A DNA stretch of 63,989 nucleotides, the filler included, from Octopus bimaculoides (taxonomy: Eukaryota), in NCBI RefSeq assembly GCF_001194135.2. It is 4 parts of 4 records of this genome, joined end to end, with 100 filler letters (N's around TTAATTAATTAA, not from the genome) between each part and the next. Parts side by side here need not be neighbours in the genome. Positions count along the whole stretch, not along the records: positions 1 to 31,890 come from NC_068981.1; 3 more parts are not named here. One strand, written 5' to 3'. The notes under the pieces were generated by a model. The model ran no database searches. It saw only the letters and a program-made list of their open reading frames with translations, and was not told the origin of the DNA. Shown in pieces: positions 1-14,044 of the stretch. A program made the position numbers and the translations under genes. The stretch's first letter is position 1. Every line of letters begins with the position of its first letter.

Positions 1-141
1 GGTTTGCTCACTCTACACGATCAGAGATGGCTTCTGGTTAAAGAACAACAGCTAGTTCTGAAAGACAAATTAATTGTGTAGAAGAATACTGTCAATATCT
101 CAAGGACACTGACACAGAGCGCCAATGCAGCGTGGTCTCTT

Positions 142-192
<51 letters not shown>

Positions 193-215
193 ACATATAT
201 ATATATATATATATG

Positions 216-252
<37 letters not shown>

Positions 253-647
253 GCGTGTGTGTGTGCGCGTGTGCGTGTGTGTGTGTATGAAATAATGACG
301 AAATCAAAGACATCAAACTCAAATGAACAAATGCCCTCGATAGAATTACTAAGATTATACAATCCCCGAAACTTATTCTCACATCACCGCTAGCAGCAAC
401 AGCAATAGTAAAAGTTGCAGTAGCAGACAGCAGCAATGGCAAGCAACAGTAGGCTGCTGCACACAAACGGTAACAGTGACAGCAGCAACAGCAGCAGAAG
501 TGACAATTTCGGACCACATTGGCTTAGTGGTTGAATTATCTTGTGGCTAAACCAACGCAGTGACACGGAAGCCGCTGGTTAGGCCGTTGTTATACAATCG
601 CGATAGTTGAATGTAGGGAGACAGAGAAAAAGAGAGAGAGGGGGAGG

Positions 648-691
<44 letters not shown>

Positions 692-1056
692 AGAAGATCA
701 TGATGTCATAAAACCAAAGGTGAACACTGAATATATAGTAGCAAATGGAGTAAATCGACTTCATAGGATAGAAAGAGAAAGAAAAAGAAAGAGTATTATG
801 ACCGTAATGNNNNNNNNNNNNNNNNNNNNNNNNNNNNNNNNNNNNNNNNNNNNNNNNNNNNNNNNNNNNNNNNNNNNNNNNNNNNNNNNNNNNNNNNNNN
901 NNNNNNNNNNNNNNNNNNNNNNNNNNNNNNNNNNNNNNNNNNNNNNNNNNNNNNNNNNNNNNNNNNNNNNNNNNNNNNNNNNNNNNNNNNNNNNNNNNNN
1001 NNNNNNNNNNNNNNNNTATATATATATATACATATATATAAATATATAAATATATA

Positions 1057-1176
1057 CATGGAGGACGCGACTGTCTCCCTTGTCCTGATGCTTGTTTGTG
1101 GTCGAGCATTGTCATGCAGAAGGACATTGTCGATTGGTAAGTTAGGTCTTACTTGTTGGATTCTTGCTCTGAGCAT
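1057..1176 (-). mobile_element. Mariner transposase fragment (second catalytic Asp region)
   Basis: Translation contains VLLHDNARPQT, matching the mariner LLHDNARPH motif; truncated at an N gap/(TA)n. Confidence 0.7.
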
Positions 1177-1199
1177 CGTCAGCGTCTCAATCTAGGCCT

Positions 1200-2201
1200 C
1201 AGAGCACCCCAAAAGACAGTTCAATGCTTCTGCGAGACTTTCGCATCATCTGCGTAGCTAGCAAGGGTGACTATCCGGGCAGCTGAGGGCATATCTGAGA
1301 TGGCCACTATAAGCAGAGTTTTGCTTCTCAATGTTTGTCGATTTATCTCTTACAGGCTGGGCAGATTTTTGGTTTACTGACCAAATTTCCAATGCATATG
1401 ATTATCAGAAGTTACGTGGTAGTCTGCAAGTTCATAAAAAAGCATTGTACTTTGTAAAAAACTTTTGGAGTCGAGAACCATGAAAACTGAAAATTCCTAG
1501 AACAAATCAGAGCGCAGAACGGGCAATCAAGTGCCTTCAAGATCTTTATGATGTTTGTAAAGAGGAGAAATTTCAGCTTCGATTTATCTTATCTAACAAA
1601 ACATATTAATTCTTTATGTTTAAAAATTTACTAACATTCAGCACCCTTTCTCTTATACAGTTATTTAAATTTGGAACTAAACCTATAAAGTTAAAAATAT
1701 GTATTGTTTTTTAAATTTTGTATGTTATCAAATGCTTGTAGCGGCCTCTGTCTTAAAATAGCCTAGCTTTGAACCTTTGCATAGAGCAATTTCAATTTAG
1801 TAATCTTAAAAATGTATAAATACACTTTTATTCCACATCTCACTTGCGTTTACAAAGATTTAGGCAGCGGAAATACTGAAGTGTGAATCTAGTGCCATCT
1901 AGTGATTATAGTTTTAAAAGCCCATAACTCCGAAACTACTTTAACTAGAAGCTGAAATTTCAGATACAATATCTCGGCATTGCATTGAGTCAGCACACCA
2001 AGTTTGGTAAAACCTGAGCAGGTGTTATGAACCCACCTAGAATTTTGCATGATTTGGGTCAAAAGTGGTGATCAATTTCTTAAGTTGGGGGTGATGTTTT
2101 TTTCAAATAAAGCAAAATAAATGTTAGCTGCCCAACTTTTATAAAATTATTCATCGAATTACGGTATAGGGTTATTAGGTTGTGAAAAAGTCATACCTCT
2201 A
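1200..2201 (+). mobile_element. Degenerate DNA transposon 3' part, hAT-like (possibly hATm)
   Basis: 1502-1600 reads TNQSAERAIKCLQDLYDVCKEEKFQLRFILSNK, resembling the C-terminal N-x-x-AERxVK motif. An AT-rich tail ends ...CATACCTCTA (reverse complement TAGAGG terminus) at a (TACA)n tract. Confidence 0.4.
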
Positions 2202-4914
2202 ATACATATATACATACATACATACATACATACATACATACACATATATATATNNNNNNNNNNNNNNNNNNNNNNNNNNNNNNNNNNNNNNNNNNNNNNN
2301 NNNNNNNNNNNNNNNNNNNNNNNNNNNNNNNNNNNNNNNNNNNNNNNNNNNNNNNNNNNNNNNNNNNNNNNNNTATATATATATATTCTATATATATATA
2401 TTCTGCATATATTTCTATTGAATACAAACACATAGATGGTAAGTATATGTATATACTGTATGTAACTACATCGATCATGAGTTTGTGAATATGTGCTTTA
2501 TAATGTGCATGCAAATGGTTACTCAGAAAAGTTCTAATTCGTTACATTTCACTGCAAACATGCGATTGAAACTGCTTTATGAAAACCAGCTTTCAATTCT
2601 TCAATTTCTTCATGTATCATATCAATACATTCTACGACTTTTTTTGTGAATTATGAACATTGCAGAGAGCTACCTTAATAACATCGTTTCCTCGATTATG
2701 ATTCTGTTGACACCCATTGGTCATTTGATGCTTAAAAAGATCCTTTAACATTTTTAGAATTAGACATTAGGAATTATGTTAAAAAAGTTGTCAAGATATT
2801 TTGTGTATTGTAAAAGTATATGCAATTCATTGCAGAATTTTAACAAAAAAAATTTGCTATGGATTCTGGTTGAGAACCACTGAGATAACGGACTGACAAC
2901 TGGATAAACAGATAGGCAGACAGACAGATAGATCGACAGACAGAAAGATAAATACGCACTCACACGCCCCTCCAACACATAGTCCGATCAGGTGATTGTA
3001 ACTTAAATAGGAAAGAACTTAATACTAAAAACAGAGTAGTTTTCATTCTCATCAAACAACGTGGCCAGATAATATGACTTTCGTCTGTTCAGTATATATA
3101 TATACTAGCGCTAACGTTTGTGTCTGTGGTTCAGATTTTCTTCGTACCCACACATTTCGCGTTCGGGAACACGTGTCTTTTACCATAAACTCCAGTTCAT
3201 GTATGCCTACGTGTGTGTGGGGTGGTGATGGTGGTGGTGTTAGAAAACAGATTAAATGGGGCTTCGAAGTAAAATACCGTGACGGAAGTACTGGCAGTAC
3301 ACAGAGAAACTTGACACGTGATTTGGCGGTTCGTAATATTGATTCCAGCTCCTGATTAACGTCGGGTCAAAAAAAGAAAAAAAAATTGAAGCCGGTTACT
3401 CTCTCTCTCACCCCTCTCTGTTTGTCTGTCTGTCTCCCGCGCTCTCCTCTCTCTCACACACACATGGTACAAGATTAAAAAGAGAATCATTAAAAGTGTA
3501 GTAAAATGATGAAAAATATTTACCAAGTTTGAAATTTGATACTAGCCGGACCAACAGTGTGACATCGGGCTGTTTCCATTTATTGGGTCATGACATTTTA
3601 GTGCAGGCTGTCTCTACGTGGTCAGTTGACATGCTAGAAATAACAGCTAGAATTCTCCTCATATTAAACATGCCCGTCTTACTGAATTAAGGTATTTGAT
3701 AATGTAGGCATAGGTAAGTGTATGCAATAATAATAATAATAATAAATAGACGCGATGGAGAAATCAATGTTGTTATTCATCGAAATGGTCATGGCTTCGA
3801 AGTTCTACGATAAAATGCATTCCAGTCATGCCTATTCCATCTTTTTAGAAGAATGTCTAAGAATGCCTTATCCAACGTGGTCTTCGATATTTTTTTAAGA
3901 CAGTAGTGTATGGTTGGAGGGCGATTTAGCTGCTATCTTTAGCAAAGGGAAACGACTATGTTCAGGCCCTCTTGTTGGCTCTTCTGAAGTGATTAATCAG
4001 TTCCCTCCACTATCTTTATTCCCTCCCCACTCAGCGTATTGTTGATTGTAGTTTCATCGACCCCTGTCAGGCGAAAGATTAAATTGACCGGCACACGACT
4101 TACTGTTATTTACAGTAAAGCACCCACGCTAGCGTACTGGATTTAGCTTTGCTATATTTACCTCTTATTTCCTTTGAAAACTGTCCACTTCGATTTCATT
4201 CCTAAATTCCATGGAAACTGAGCTGCAAGAACATTAAAATATTCTATCCTCCGTGTATTAATGCCATCGATGAATTCTTAAGCCACCGTGTATTAACTCC
4301 ATTTATGAATTATTAAGTGATCTAAAACGGCACAATAAGTTTGCACAAGATAAACTATCAGTAATTTTGTCGAAATGTCATAAATGCTGTTGAAATGGAA
4401 TAAATATTTGTTGAAACGTAATATGCAAATTTGATTTTAATCCCTGTTGTGATCATTTGATTTAACATGGTATCCTTTAGGTCAAACGGATTTACGATAT
4501 GTTCAAATGCTGAATGTTTTTGAAACGGTTAAAGCATTATGCAGCTTAATTCATTCAAATAGAACACAATTGTTAATACACACTCTTTCTTTTCCTTCCT
4601 CTGACCTACCGCATTCTTTTCGATGAAGTGAAAGAGAGGTGGCTACCTTTGTCCAAGGTGATTCTGTTGACTTTGGAGAAGGCTACTTTTAGTTGTTTTT
4701 TTTTTTTTAACTGGCTTCAGTAATTAGACAGCGGCCACGCTGTTAGAGGATTATTTCATAATATCTACGTCCGCACATATTTTAATCCAGTGCGTGTTTT
4801 GCAGTTTTGTTTTGTGTCGAACCTCTAACTTATGGGACATGAAAGAATACATCATAAGCCAACTAAAACCGGCTAGAATAACCACACAAACACACACATA
4901 AAGGGAATCTATAC

Positions 4915-5060
4915 ACTTTCTGCTAACTATATTCTACTCACAAGGCACTGGACAACCCAAACCTCCGTTAAAAGACACTTGACGAAGGTGCTCCAATAGG
5001 GAATTGAATCCAGAGCTGCGTTGATGAGAGGCGATCTTCTTAACTGCACGGCTATATCTG
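4915..5060 (-). mobile_element. Old tRNA-derived SINE, family B, 5' part
   Basis: Reverse complement resembles the family B head (GGCTGTGTGGT..GGTTCAGTCCC..CACCTTGGGCAAGTGTCTT) with many substitutions. Confidence 0.5.
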
Positions 5061-5412
5061 TTCTTCACTGCTCTAAGTTTATATGTAAGCTAGAATTCAG
5101 TTTGGAAGTTAACGAACCAGTTGTTAATTTTTACAAAGCTACAGTTGCCATAATTATTCTGGTCATGTGATCATACCGTAGCGAGTCATGTGACAGAGAT
5201 TCCAGTCTCTCAGTATCTGGTATTCGATCGGCTTTCTCTAGCTTCAATGCTTTTTGAGTTCGCTACTATTCTCTTACTTTTATTATGGTATTTATTCCAC
5301 CGCTTTCAATTATTCGAGAAACTAAAATCTAATTTTTGGCTTTTCAAGTTCACCAAATTTTGCACACAAAAAAAAAGAAACATTTCATCAACAAAGAAAC
5401 AAAAATAAAAGA

Positions 5413-5640
5413 AGGTGGCGAGCTGGCAGAATCGTTAGCACGCTGGGCGAAATGCATAGTGGTATTTCGTCTGACGTTACGTTCTGAGTTCAAATTCCGC
5501 CGAGGTCGACTTTGCCTTTCGGAGTCGATAAATTAAGTACCAGTTACGCACTGGGATCGGTGTAATCGACTCAATCCCTTCGTCTGTCCTTTTCTGTCCC
5601 CTCTATGTTTAGCCCCTTGTGGGCAATAAAAAAATAAAAT
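5413..5640 (+). mobile_element. tRNA-derived SINE, family A
   Basis: GGCGAGCTGGCAGAATCGTTAGC (A box)...GAGTTCAAATTCC (B box)...GTCGACTTTGCCTTT..GGAGTCGATAAATTAAGTACCAG. At least 10 related copies in the window. The central domain is probably Meta-type (uncertain). Confidence 0.85.
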
Positions 5641-5654
5641 AAACATGTTTAAAA

Positions 5655-6095
5655 AAAGTGCGGTAGTATGGTTAAAGAAACTACTCTTTAGAGTCAGGTT
5701 ATTTTCGGCTCAGTCTCACTGCGTGGCACATTGAGCAAATGACTTTTACTACAGCTCCGGGTCGACCAATACCTTGTGAGTGACTAAATTTGGTAAACGG
5801 AAACTGTATGGAAGTTCATCGTATGTATGCGTGAGTATATATTTTTGAGAGAATGTTTGTCAGCCCCAACACCGCTTGACAACCGGTATTGGCTTGTGTA
5901 CCTCCTCTTAACATAGCAGTTCGACGTAAGAGGCCTATAGGATAAGTACCGGAGTTAAAATAAATAAATAAATAAATAAATAAATAAAATAAAACAAATC
6001 ACAAGTACTCGGATCGATTTGATCGACTAAAACCCGTCAAGGTGGTACCCCAGCATGGTCGCAGTCTAGTGATTGAAACAAGTAACAAGTAAATG
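5655..6095 (+). mobile_element. tRNA-derived SINE, family B (degenerate full length)
   Basis: Head, CORE-like TTGAGCAAATGAC segment, internal microsatellite and 3' GTCGAT..TCGACTAAA..CAGCATGGTCGCAG..TGAAACAAGTAA tail, shared with other copies. Confidence 0.75.
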
Positions 6096-6356
6096 ATAAA
6101 TAACAAAATAATGGAAACAAAAATAACTAATTTAATCTATTAACCGTCGCCTGGTTTAACATCATCACCTAAACATCGGATGTCTTTAGCGAAGTTCGCT
6201 CTGTTACAAACATTTGGACAGGTCTCTGCTCTGTGGATAGCTTTTCTCTTTTTCTCTCACCTATCTTGGAAGCCTTGGAAACCCTAGAAAGAGTTGTTTC
6301 CCCACCATTGAGATATCTAAATCAGCGCCCCAGGAAGATAGAATAAAGTAAAACAA

Positions 6357-6521
6357 ATAGGTGCAGGCATGGCTGTGTGATTAAGAATATCGCTTCGCAA
6401 CCACGTGGTTACGGGTTCAGTCTCACTATGCGGCATCTTGGGCAAGTGTCTTCTGTTATAGCTCCGGACTGACCAATGCTTCGTAAGTGAATTTGGTAGA
6501 CAGAAATTGTGTAGAAATCCG

Positions 6522-6566
<45 letters not shown>

Positions 6567-6760
6567 TGTGTTTGTCTCCTACCACCCCTTGGCAACTAGT
6601 GTTGGTTTGTTTACGTTACCGTAACTGAGCGATTCAGCGAGAGACCGACAGAATAAGTAAGAACTTTATAAATAAGTACCGGGGTCGATTTTTTCGACTA
6701 AACCCGGTCAAGGCGGTGCCCCGGTACAACCTAAGTCAAATGACTGAAACAAGTAACAGA
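6357..6760 (+). mobile_element. tRNA-derived SINE, family B
   Basis: GGCATGGCTGTGTGATTAAG..GGTTCAGTCTC..CATCTTGGGCAAGTGTCTT, internal (TA)n, conserved 3' tail. Confidence 0.85.
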
Positions 6761-6769
6761 TAACTGATA

Positions 6770-7100
6770 CTCCGTCGGTTAGAACGACGAGGATTCCAGT
6801 TGATCCGATCAACCGAACAGCCTGCTCGTGAAATTAACGTGCAAATGGTTCAGCACTCCACAGACACGCGTACCCTTACTGTAGTTTGCAGGGAGATTCA
6901 GCGCGAGACATTCAGTGTGAGACAATGTGATAAAGCTGGTACTTTGAAATAAAGGTACAACACATTTTTGCTAGCTGAATGGACTGAAGCAATGTGAGAT
7001 AAAGTGCCTTGCTCAAGGATACAAAGCGCTGCCGGGAATCGAACACACGACCATACGATCGTGAATTGAATACCTTAACCATTAAGCTACGCGCCTTGGG
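6770..7100 (-). mobile_element. tRNA-derived SINE, family C
   Basis: Reverse complement has a tRNA-like head (TGGTTAAG..GTTCGATTCCC) followed by CTTGAGCAAGGCACTTTATCTCAC. The body matches the copy at 62188-62362. Confidence 0.8.
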
Positions 7101-7708
7101 ACATTGCACAGCTTCAGTTACACATCAGCCGAATTACTCTAACTAGCAGACAACAAAACATGATATTTTGTCAAACTTTACTTAAAGCTCTTGTGAAACC
7201 AATACATGACGTGAAGTAATAATTAGATTGTTGATCAATACTTGCACGGCACCGGCGGTAGACATTGTTTGCCGTTTCTATAGCGATAACCTGATGGTAC
7301 TTCGTTTTCGAACAAACCCTCACGACGCTTGTGTGTTTCACTAAAAGCTAAAATATTTAATTTTCCTTTAAGCTTGATTGTCAGTCAATAAAAAAGGGAA
7401 TATGCAGATATGCTATTATAAATTCAATACTTCACCGAAATACATGTAAAAAGAAAAACAAATTAATAAACGCTCTCTTTCTTTGTTTGTGATTATTTTT
7501 TTGTGTTGTTGATGACGATCATAATGATGTTGCCCGGTCACGTAGGACTTAGCGAAATTGAGGCACTGAGGTTAGTGAAATGTCAAAACGACCTAATTCT
7601 GTTTACATGATCATGTTTATTTGTCATGAGATGTGAGTTTAGACGTGTCTCCGTATAATGTTTCAAAGCTTTGGACCAGAGTATACAGTGCCTCCTTATT
7701 TATGTTTA

Positions 7709-7762
<54 letters not shown>

Positions 7763-9044
7763 NNNNNNNNNNNNNNNNNNNNNNNNNNNNNNNNNNNNNN
7801 NNNNNNNNNNNNNNNNNNNNNNNNNNNNNNNNNNNNNNNNNNNNNNNNNNNNNNNNNNNNNNNNNNNNNNNNNNNNNNNNNNNNNNNNNNNNNNNNNNNN
7901 NNNNNNNNNNNNNNNNNNNNNNNNNNNNNNNNNNNNNNNNNNNNNNNNNNNNNNNNNNNNNNNNNNNNNNNNNNNGACAGAGGGAGAGAGAGACAGAGGG
8001 AGAGAGGGAGGGAGAGACGGAGGGAGGAGGGAGAGAGAATAGAGAACGTGCATGGCCAAGTTGATAGGACACTGGATAATCAATCAGGAAGTTGACAGTT
8101 CGTTTCCTGCCAGAAGCAGTGCGTTGTGACTGTTGTTACCAATATACCTAATTTTACTCAACTGTAAACAAAGAACAGGAACAACTCGATAATGTAAGCA
8201 GCAGGATCAATGTATAAATTGATTGACGAGTGTTTTGTCAGCTCACCGGGCCGAGTTCAATTCCAGCTTAGAGATAGGTTGATGAGATACACGAAGAGAA
8301 TCTCTACAGCCGAGACTAGAAGTTTGGAACATAGATCTGAAAATTAGAATTTTTATATTAAATGCCAAAATTTATATTTAATTTGCAATATATTATTATT
8401 ACTTAACCAAAAGTTTGGGACGTAGGTCTGAAAATTATAATTTTTATATAAAATGCCTAAATATATACGTTGTATATATCTGAATCGAATTGTACTTGGG
8501 CATAGCAATTTTAATTTTTCAAACAATGTTCCAAACTTTCGGCCACAACTGTACGTGTTGATTCCATGACTAGCTTAGTTTTGGGACTCGTCACCAATGG
8601 ATTGATGACAATACTGATGTCTTTTACGTTGACCTGCATTTAAAAAAATATTTATGCGATGGTGATGGATGAATATGAAGTTTCTTGCTCAGGATCATTG
8701 TTCAAGATTACTAGCAACCTGTGGGATTAGAACTAGTTTCAACGAGGAGGCGAAAGTGAAACTGAGGCGAGTGATACTGAGGAAATGCAGGAAACAAAAT
8801 TTAAAAACAAAAACGAAAGACATGCCAGCATGTTGGAACAGGGGTATACAGATAGATTATATAGAAGGATATTCTATGAAAATAAGTAGATAGATAATCA
8901 GATAGGCTAAAGTGATAAAAGAATGTATGTGTATGCACAATATATAGCGGGTTGAATTAGCCTAAACTGAAAACACAAACACACAAAGACTGCCTGTAGG
9001 TCGTACCTAACTTAATTAATCGATATTTGATATTATATTCAACA

Positions 9045-9265
9045 GGTAACGAGCTGGTAGAATCATTGGCATGACGGGCAAAATACTTGGTGGTGTGTCG
9101 TCCAACTTAATCTTTTGTGTTCAAATGCCGACAGCGTCGATATACCTTATGTGTTCATCTCATTCGGAGTCGATAAAATAAGTACCAGTTAATCACTAGA
9201 GTTGATATAATTGACTGACTCCTCCCCCGAAATTACTGGCCTTGTGTTATAATTTGAAACCAATA
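9045..9265 (+). mobile_element. tRNA-derived SINE, family A (degenerate)
   Basis: GAGCTGGTAGAATC..GTTCAAATGCC..GGAGTCGATAAAATAAGTACCAG..AAATTACTGGCCTTGTG. Confidence 0.75.
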
Positions 9266-11122
9266 TTATATCCAAAAGGGTTCTTATGTTTTAAACGAGG
9301 AGCACAATTAAAAAATAACAGCATATAGTTTTGAAAAGCAGCGTAGTTCTTGCATTTTAATCTGGCAATTGCTTGCGTGTGTGTGTATATGTATGTATGT
9401 TTGTGCGTATATGTTTAGATATTCAGATAAATAATATAAGATATGGAAATAGAAAACTGAAGAGATGGATTGAATGATAGGTAGATGGGTAGATTAATCG
9501 ACTGAGTGGTAAAATTAAGAATGGGAATTGGGGAAAGAAATAGATTTGTATAAAAAGAACAGATACACGTTAGCAACTTTTGCAGACAATCGCAACACAT
9601 GATACAAATGGCGCCGAGAAATTCAAGACACAAACACACATATACACTCTCATCTCTCCCCCTCCCTCTCACTGTCTCTAGTGGAAAGTGGTCATTATGC
9701 AATATATTTCTGAGAAACTTAGGGATATGGGATAATAGTCATGTGATGGCCATAATGTATGTCTCCATCTGGGAGACAGAAAGCGCCAAAGCCCTTCGCA
9801 AACTCACTGAAATTGTTGAGATCAAACACGGTTGATTTCGTTTTGAACATCAGTAGGTCGAGAAAGGATTGTAAGAATTAGTGCAAGGTTTAGGGAATGG
9901 ACGGAGAGAAAAAGGCTTGGAAAAAGAGATATGCAACTATCTCCTTCAAGTAAGCATAGGCTGTTGTANNNNNNNNNNNNNNNNNNNNNNNNNNNNNNNN
10001 NNNNNNNNNNNNNNNNNNNNNNNNNNNNNNNNNNNNNNNNNNAGGGAGGGAGAGACAGATAGAGAGAGAGAGAGTTTGGAGAAGAGGGCAGGGGTAGACA
10101 GGATGTCTGAGGACAAGAAGCTGCAGTGTGTCTCCGAGAAAGTCTTTGCTGATCATTCGGATTTTCATCTTTGTGTTGTGTAAGGCTGTTTGCATATGCA
10201 GCAGCAACAACAGCGTCATCATGTTTGAAGAAGCAGCAATCCATTGCGGATCATACTTAAGCTTCGGAGAAAGTCAGCGGTTAATTAAAACTGAAGTATT
10301 TAACTAATTCTCTCAATGCACAAGTCCATTCAGTCCATGTTCTGCATAAAACATCATCGCAATTTAAGACCATTAAGAGAGGAAACATTAAATTCCTATG
10401 ACCGCCAGTGTGTATGTGCATGTATGTGTGTGGTGTGTGCATGGTGTGAGTGCGCACGCTCATGCGTATTACATTTTAAGAGCATTTACTTTTACATCTG
10501 CAAGATGAGGAGAGAGAGTGAAAATAGAGTGTAGAAAGTGAGAAAAAATGTGATCTATCTATTTGTAAATAGATATATATATAGATATCTACATAACTAT
10601 TCATGTTTATACATGCCTCTGTGTGTTTATATGTATCTGTAAATATATACGTGTGTTTGTATACAGACACACATATGTATGTAAATAAATTCTGGGCACG
10701 ACTTTTAACTGCATTTGGCAGTGGGGATCTGGTTCGAGAGTTCCTGGATTTTAAGGAATCTGGAGCCATCTCTAAGCCATTAGAGTAGTAACACCTGTTA
10801 ATGTCCCAGCTATAGGTTAACTACCTATGAGAGTGAAGGACTCCTGGTTCACGTTAGAACTTCCTTTAGGAGAAAATAAACTTGTATTAAACACTTTAAA
10901 AGTGCAGTTGGTTTCTGGTCGTCTCAACATCTGTTTTAGAACTGATTGCACCTAGAAGTGGATTTAGTGCTGTGCAGTACTTCATCCACGCGAAACAAAT
11001 TCACGCACAGGGATTTCTTCGATTCTCGAAACTTTGTATGGACTTACTGGAGTTAAGAAGTATTCTTCTAACACGATCACAAGTTGACTTACACACACAC
11101 ACACACATATATGTATGTATGC

Positions 11123-11545
11123 CATTATTCAGTTTTATTTCAAGATTTCTTGCCAATAGGGAAAGAGCCGGTTTCTAATCTAGATGCAAGACTCCTTCAT
11201 TGGAATTTCAACATCAACAATAGGGTAATTTTGTTTGTATGTATGTATGCAGATTTGTATGTTTTGTTTTTTGTATGTCTTCTTACTTGCATACCTAGAC
11301 GTGCTCATTTATACTGTTATGTCTCAAGCTACTGCTATCTACCACCTTCGGATGATCTCTACTCAACCGCTACACAACTGCTACTCAACACCTACCACGG
11401 CCAGACTACCTCTATTTATATGTCTTGGGAGATCCTACTTCTTCGCCTGGGGGCGTCGACACAACATACACTTAATTAACTTCTGGAGAGTTTTACAGAA
11501 TTTTACAGTTCCAGTGATGGCGTGAATCTGTCTGACTGTCAATAT
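11123..11545 (-). mobile_element. 3' end of an RLE-endonuclease non-LTR retrotransposon (same family as 56693-57035)
   Basis: Minus-strand QIHAITGTVKFCKTLQKLI plus a 3' UTR near-identical to 47905-48060 and 56693-56820; flanked by (TACA)n/(TATG)n. Confidence 0.65.
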
Positions 11546-11918
11546 GTACGTACGTATGTATGTATGTATGTATGTATGTATGTATGTATGTATGTATGTA
11601 TGTATGCATGTATGTATGTATGTATGTATGTGCAAACTACATAATTACAAAATTAGAATATTAAAGAATTATTTCGCTCATTGCGAGACTAATGACCTGA
11701 TGTAGAACTCAATACACTTGTGCTTCAGAACGAAGCGTAGACCGAGAACAGAGCGGTAATAAGAAAATAAGATGATAAATAAATTGCACTTCATATTCAA
11801 GGCTCCGATGAAGCTATAAGATGTTAATCAGGCACTCAACAATGAGTCGACTGCTTCTTACAGCAGAAACAACTGTAAGCTAATGAAGTTCATAAGGTAA
11901 TCGGTTATACGTTTGTCA

Positions 11919-11965
<47 letters not shown>

Positions 11966-13052
11966 CACACACACACACATACATACATAGACATACATAC
12001 AAATGAGTTACGAGAAATAACTCGGAATAGCCAGTAGCGTACATTTAAGTAACACAGACAAATACCAGTATATCAAATACCATACAGCAAAAGTGTTCTT
12101 GATTTATAAAAATCATCTCTGCCTCTAGAGGATGTATCATAATTAGCACAATTAACAAGTAGCAATTACGACCAGCTTCACTTGAGAGGAGATAATCTCA
12201 AAATTCATGAATTATATAATAATGACATACCACACATAGAGAGGCCATATGTGCGTGAGGGTTATATACAAATTTGCAAATTTGATAGCGAACAGAAGAG
12301 ACAATATTTAATAACTAACTTAGTGTTTAATTTATTAAGATTGCCGTAATCGGAGTTCACTCATGCTCTAGGTTTTCAAAAGAAAACGAAACTTGTGCTT
12401 CGATCGACACATAAATTTTCGTATATAGATATCCGAAATAAGTTTCGCCCATTTAAATAGCACTATCAAAACAAGTCATTTAAATCATGTTATGGGATAC
12501 TATACCGTACACAAAAAGTTGCTGTTTGCCGAAATGTATTCGGGTGTCGGTTGTTAGCCTGGTATTTCTTGGAAGAATTTTCCGGTTGCCATTTAAATGT
12601 TTATATCATATTTTGTCTTTCAAGAATAATGGCTAAATAAAGTAGGAATAGTTGAGATAAAAGAAAAGTTGCGTCGCGCTGTTGTGTGAGGTCAGCGCAA
12701 TTTTATACGAAATGTATGCTATGGGGTGGAATTGCGAACTTCATACCTAACCTATTATAATATATATATATATATATATATANNNNNNNNNNNNNNNNNN
12801 NNNNNNNNNNNNNNNNNNNNNNNNNNNNNNNNNNNNNNNNNNNNNNNNNNNNNNNNNNNNNNNNNNNNNNNNNNNNNNNNNNNNNNNNNNNNNNNNNNNN
12901 NNNNNNNNNNNNNNNNNNNNNNNNNNNNNNNNNNNNNNNNNNNNNNNNNNNNNNNNNNNNNNNNNNNNNNNNNNNNNNNNNNNNNNNNNNNNNNNNNNNN
13001 NNNNNNNNNNNNNNNNNNNNNNNNNNNNNNNNNNNNNNNNTATATATATATT

Positions 13053-13142
<90 letters not shown>

Positions 13143-14008
13143 TGTGTGTGTGTGTGTGTATATATGTATATATATATATATATGCTTGTATATATATATA
13201 TATGAATGTATGTATGCATGCATATATGTATATATGTTTATATGTACAATACATGTATGTATATACGTGCAATGCTCTTTTTAGTGTATCTGTGACTGAA
13301 CTGCACAGTAAGCTTTACTATATTTTCGTCTTAGGACGATAAGTTACGATTTCAAGAAAATTTAACTATTTCGAACAGCTCATGTGACCACCAAGACGGT
13401 CTCACGTTCATTCTTGTAGCTTTTTGTATTTCCTAACTGAAATAATGTTGCACTAATTTCCATCCTTCTTGGAGCCGATGCTGATCCTGCATTTAAGGAA
13501 AGTAAATTTCCTCCTCCTCCTCCTCCTTCTCCTTCTTCTTCTTCTTCTTCTTCTTCTTCTCTCTCTCTCTCTCTCCTTTCTTTCACCCTCACAATTAGTT
13601 TCCCTCCTCTGCGATTATATTTTCAGTGTCGATGTTCTGCACAACGTTCTGTATATATTTTCGCAAAACAATTCAGGCGTTAGAATATATCAGCGTGTTT
13701 GTGGAAAACAGGAGTGTACACATGCCTAAAGACAAACACATACGGACACATATATACATACACATACGTAATTGTTCCTACCCAAGTATGTATGTATGTA
13801 TGTATGTATGTATGTACCCTCGTTAAATTACACACCAGTGAAAAGAAAGAAGAAAAACACAATCGGGCAACTATACCGACTTACTTCTTATTTTTCTGGT
13901 CACCATTGCAAATTCGCAACCTACGCTTATTTATACACACACATCGTTTATACAAGTATATATATATAATAATATGCACACACACACATATATATGTATA
14001 TATATATA

Positions 14009-14044
<36 letters not shown>

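Noticed and set aside
8323-8460. ~50-bp imperfect direct repeat at 90-bp spacing
   Set aside because: Small AT-rich local duplication with no further structure.
12370-12415. GTTTTC-AAAA-GAAAAC hairpin followed by GAAAC
   Set aside because: No CUGANGA-like core upstream and no NUH triplet.
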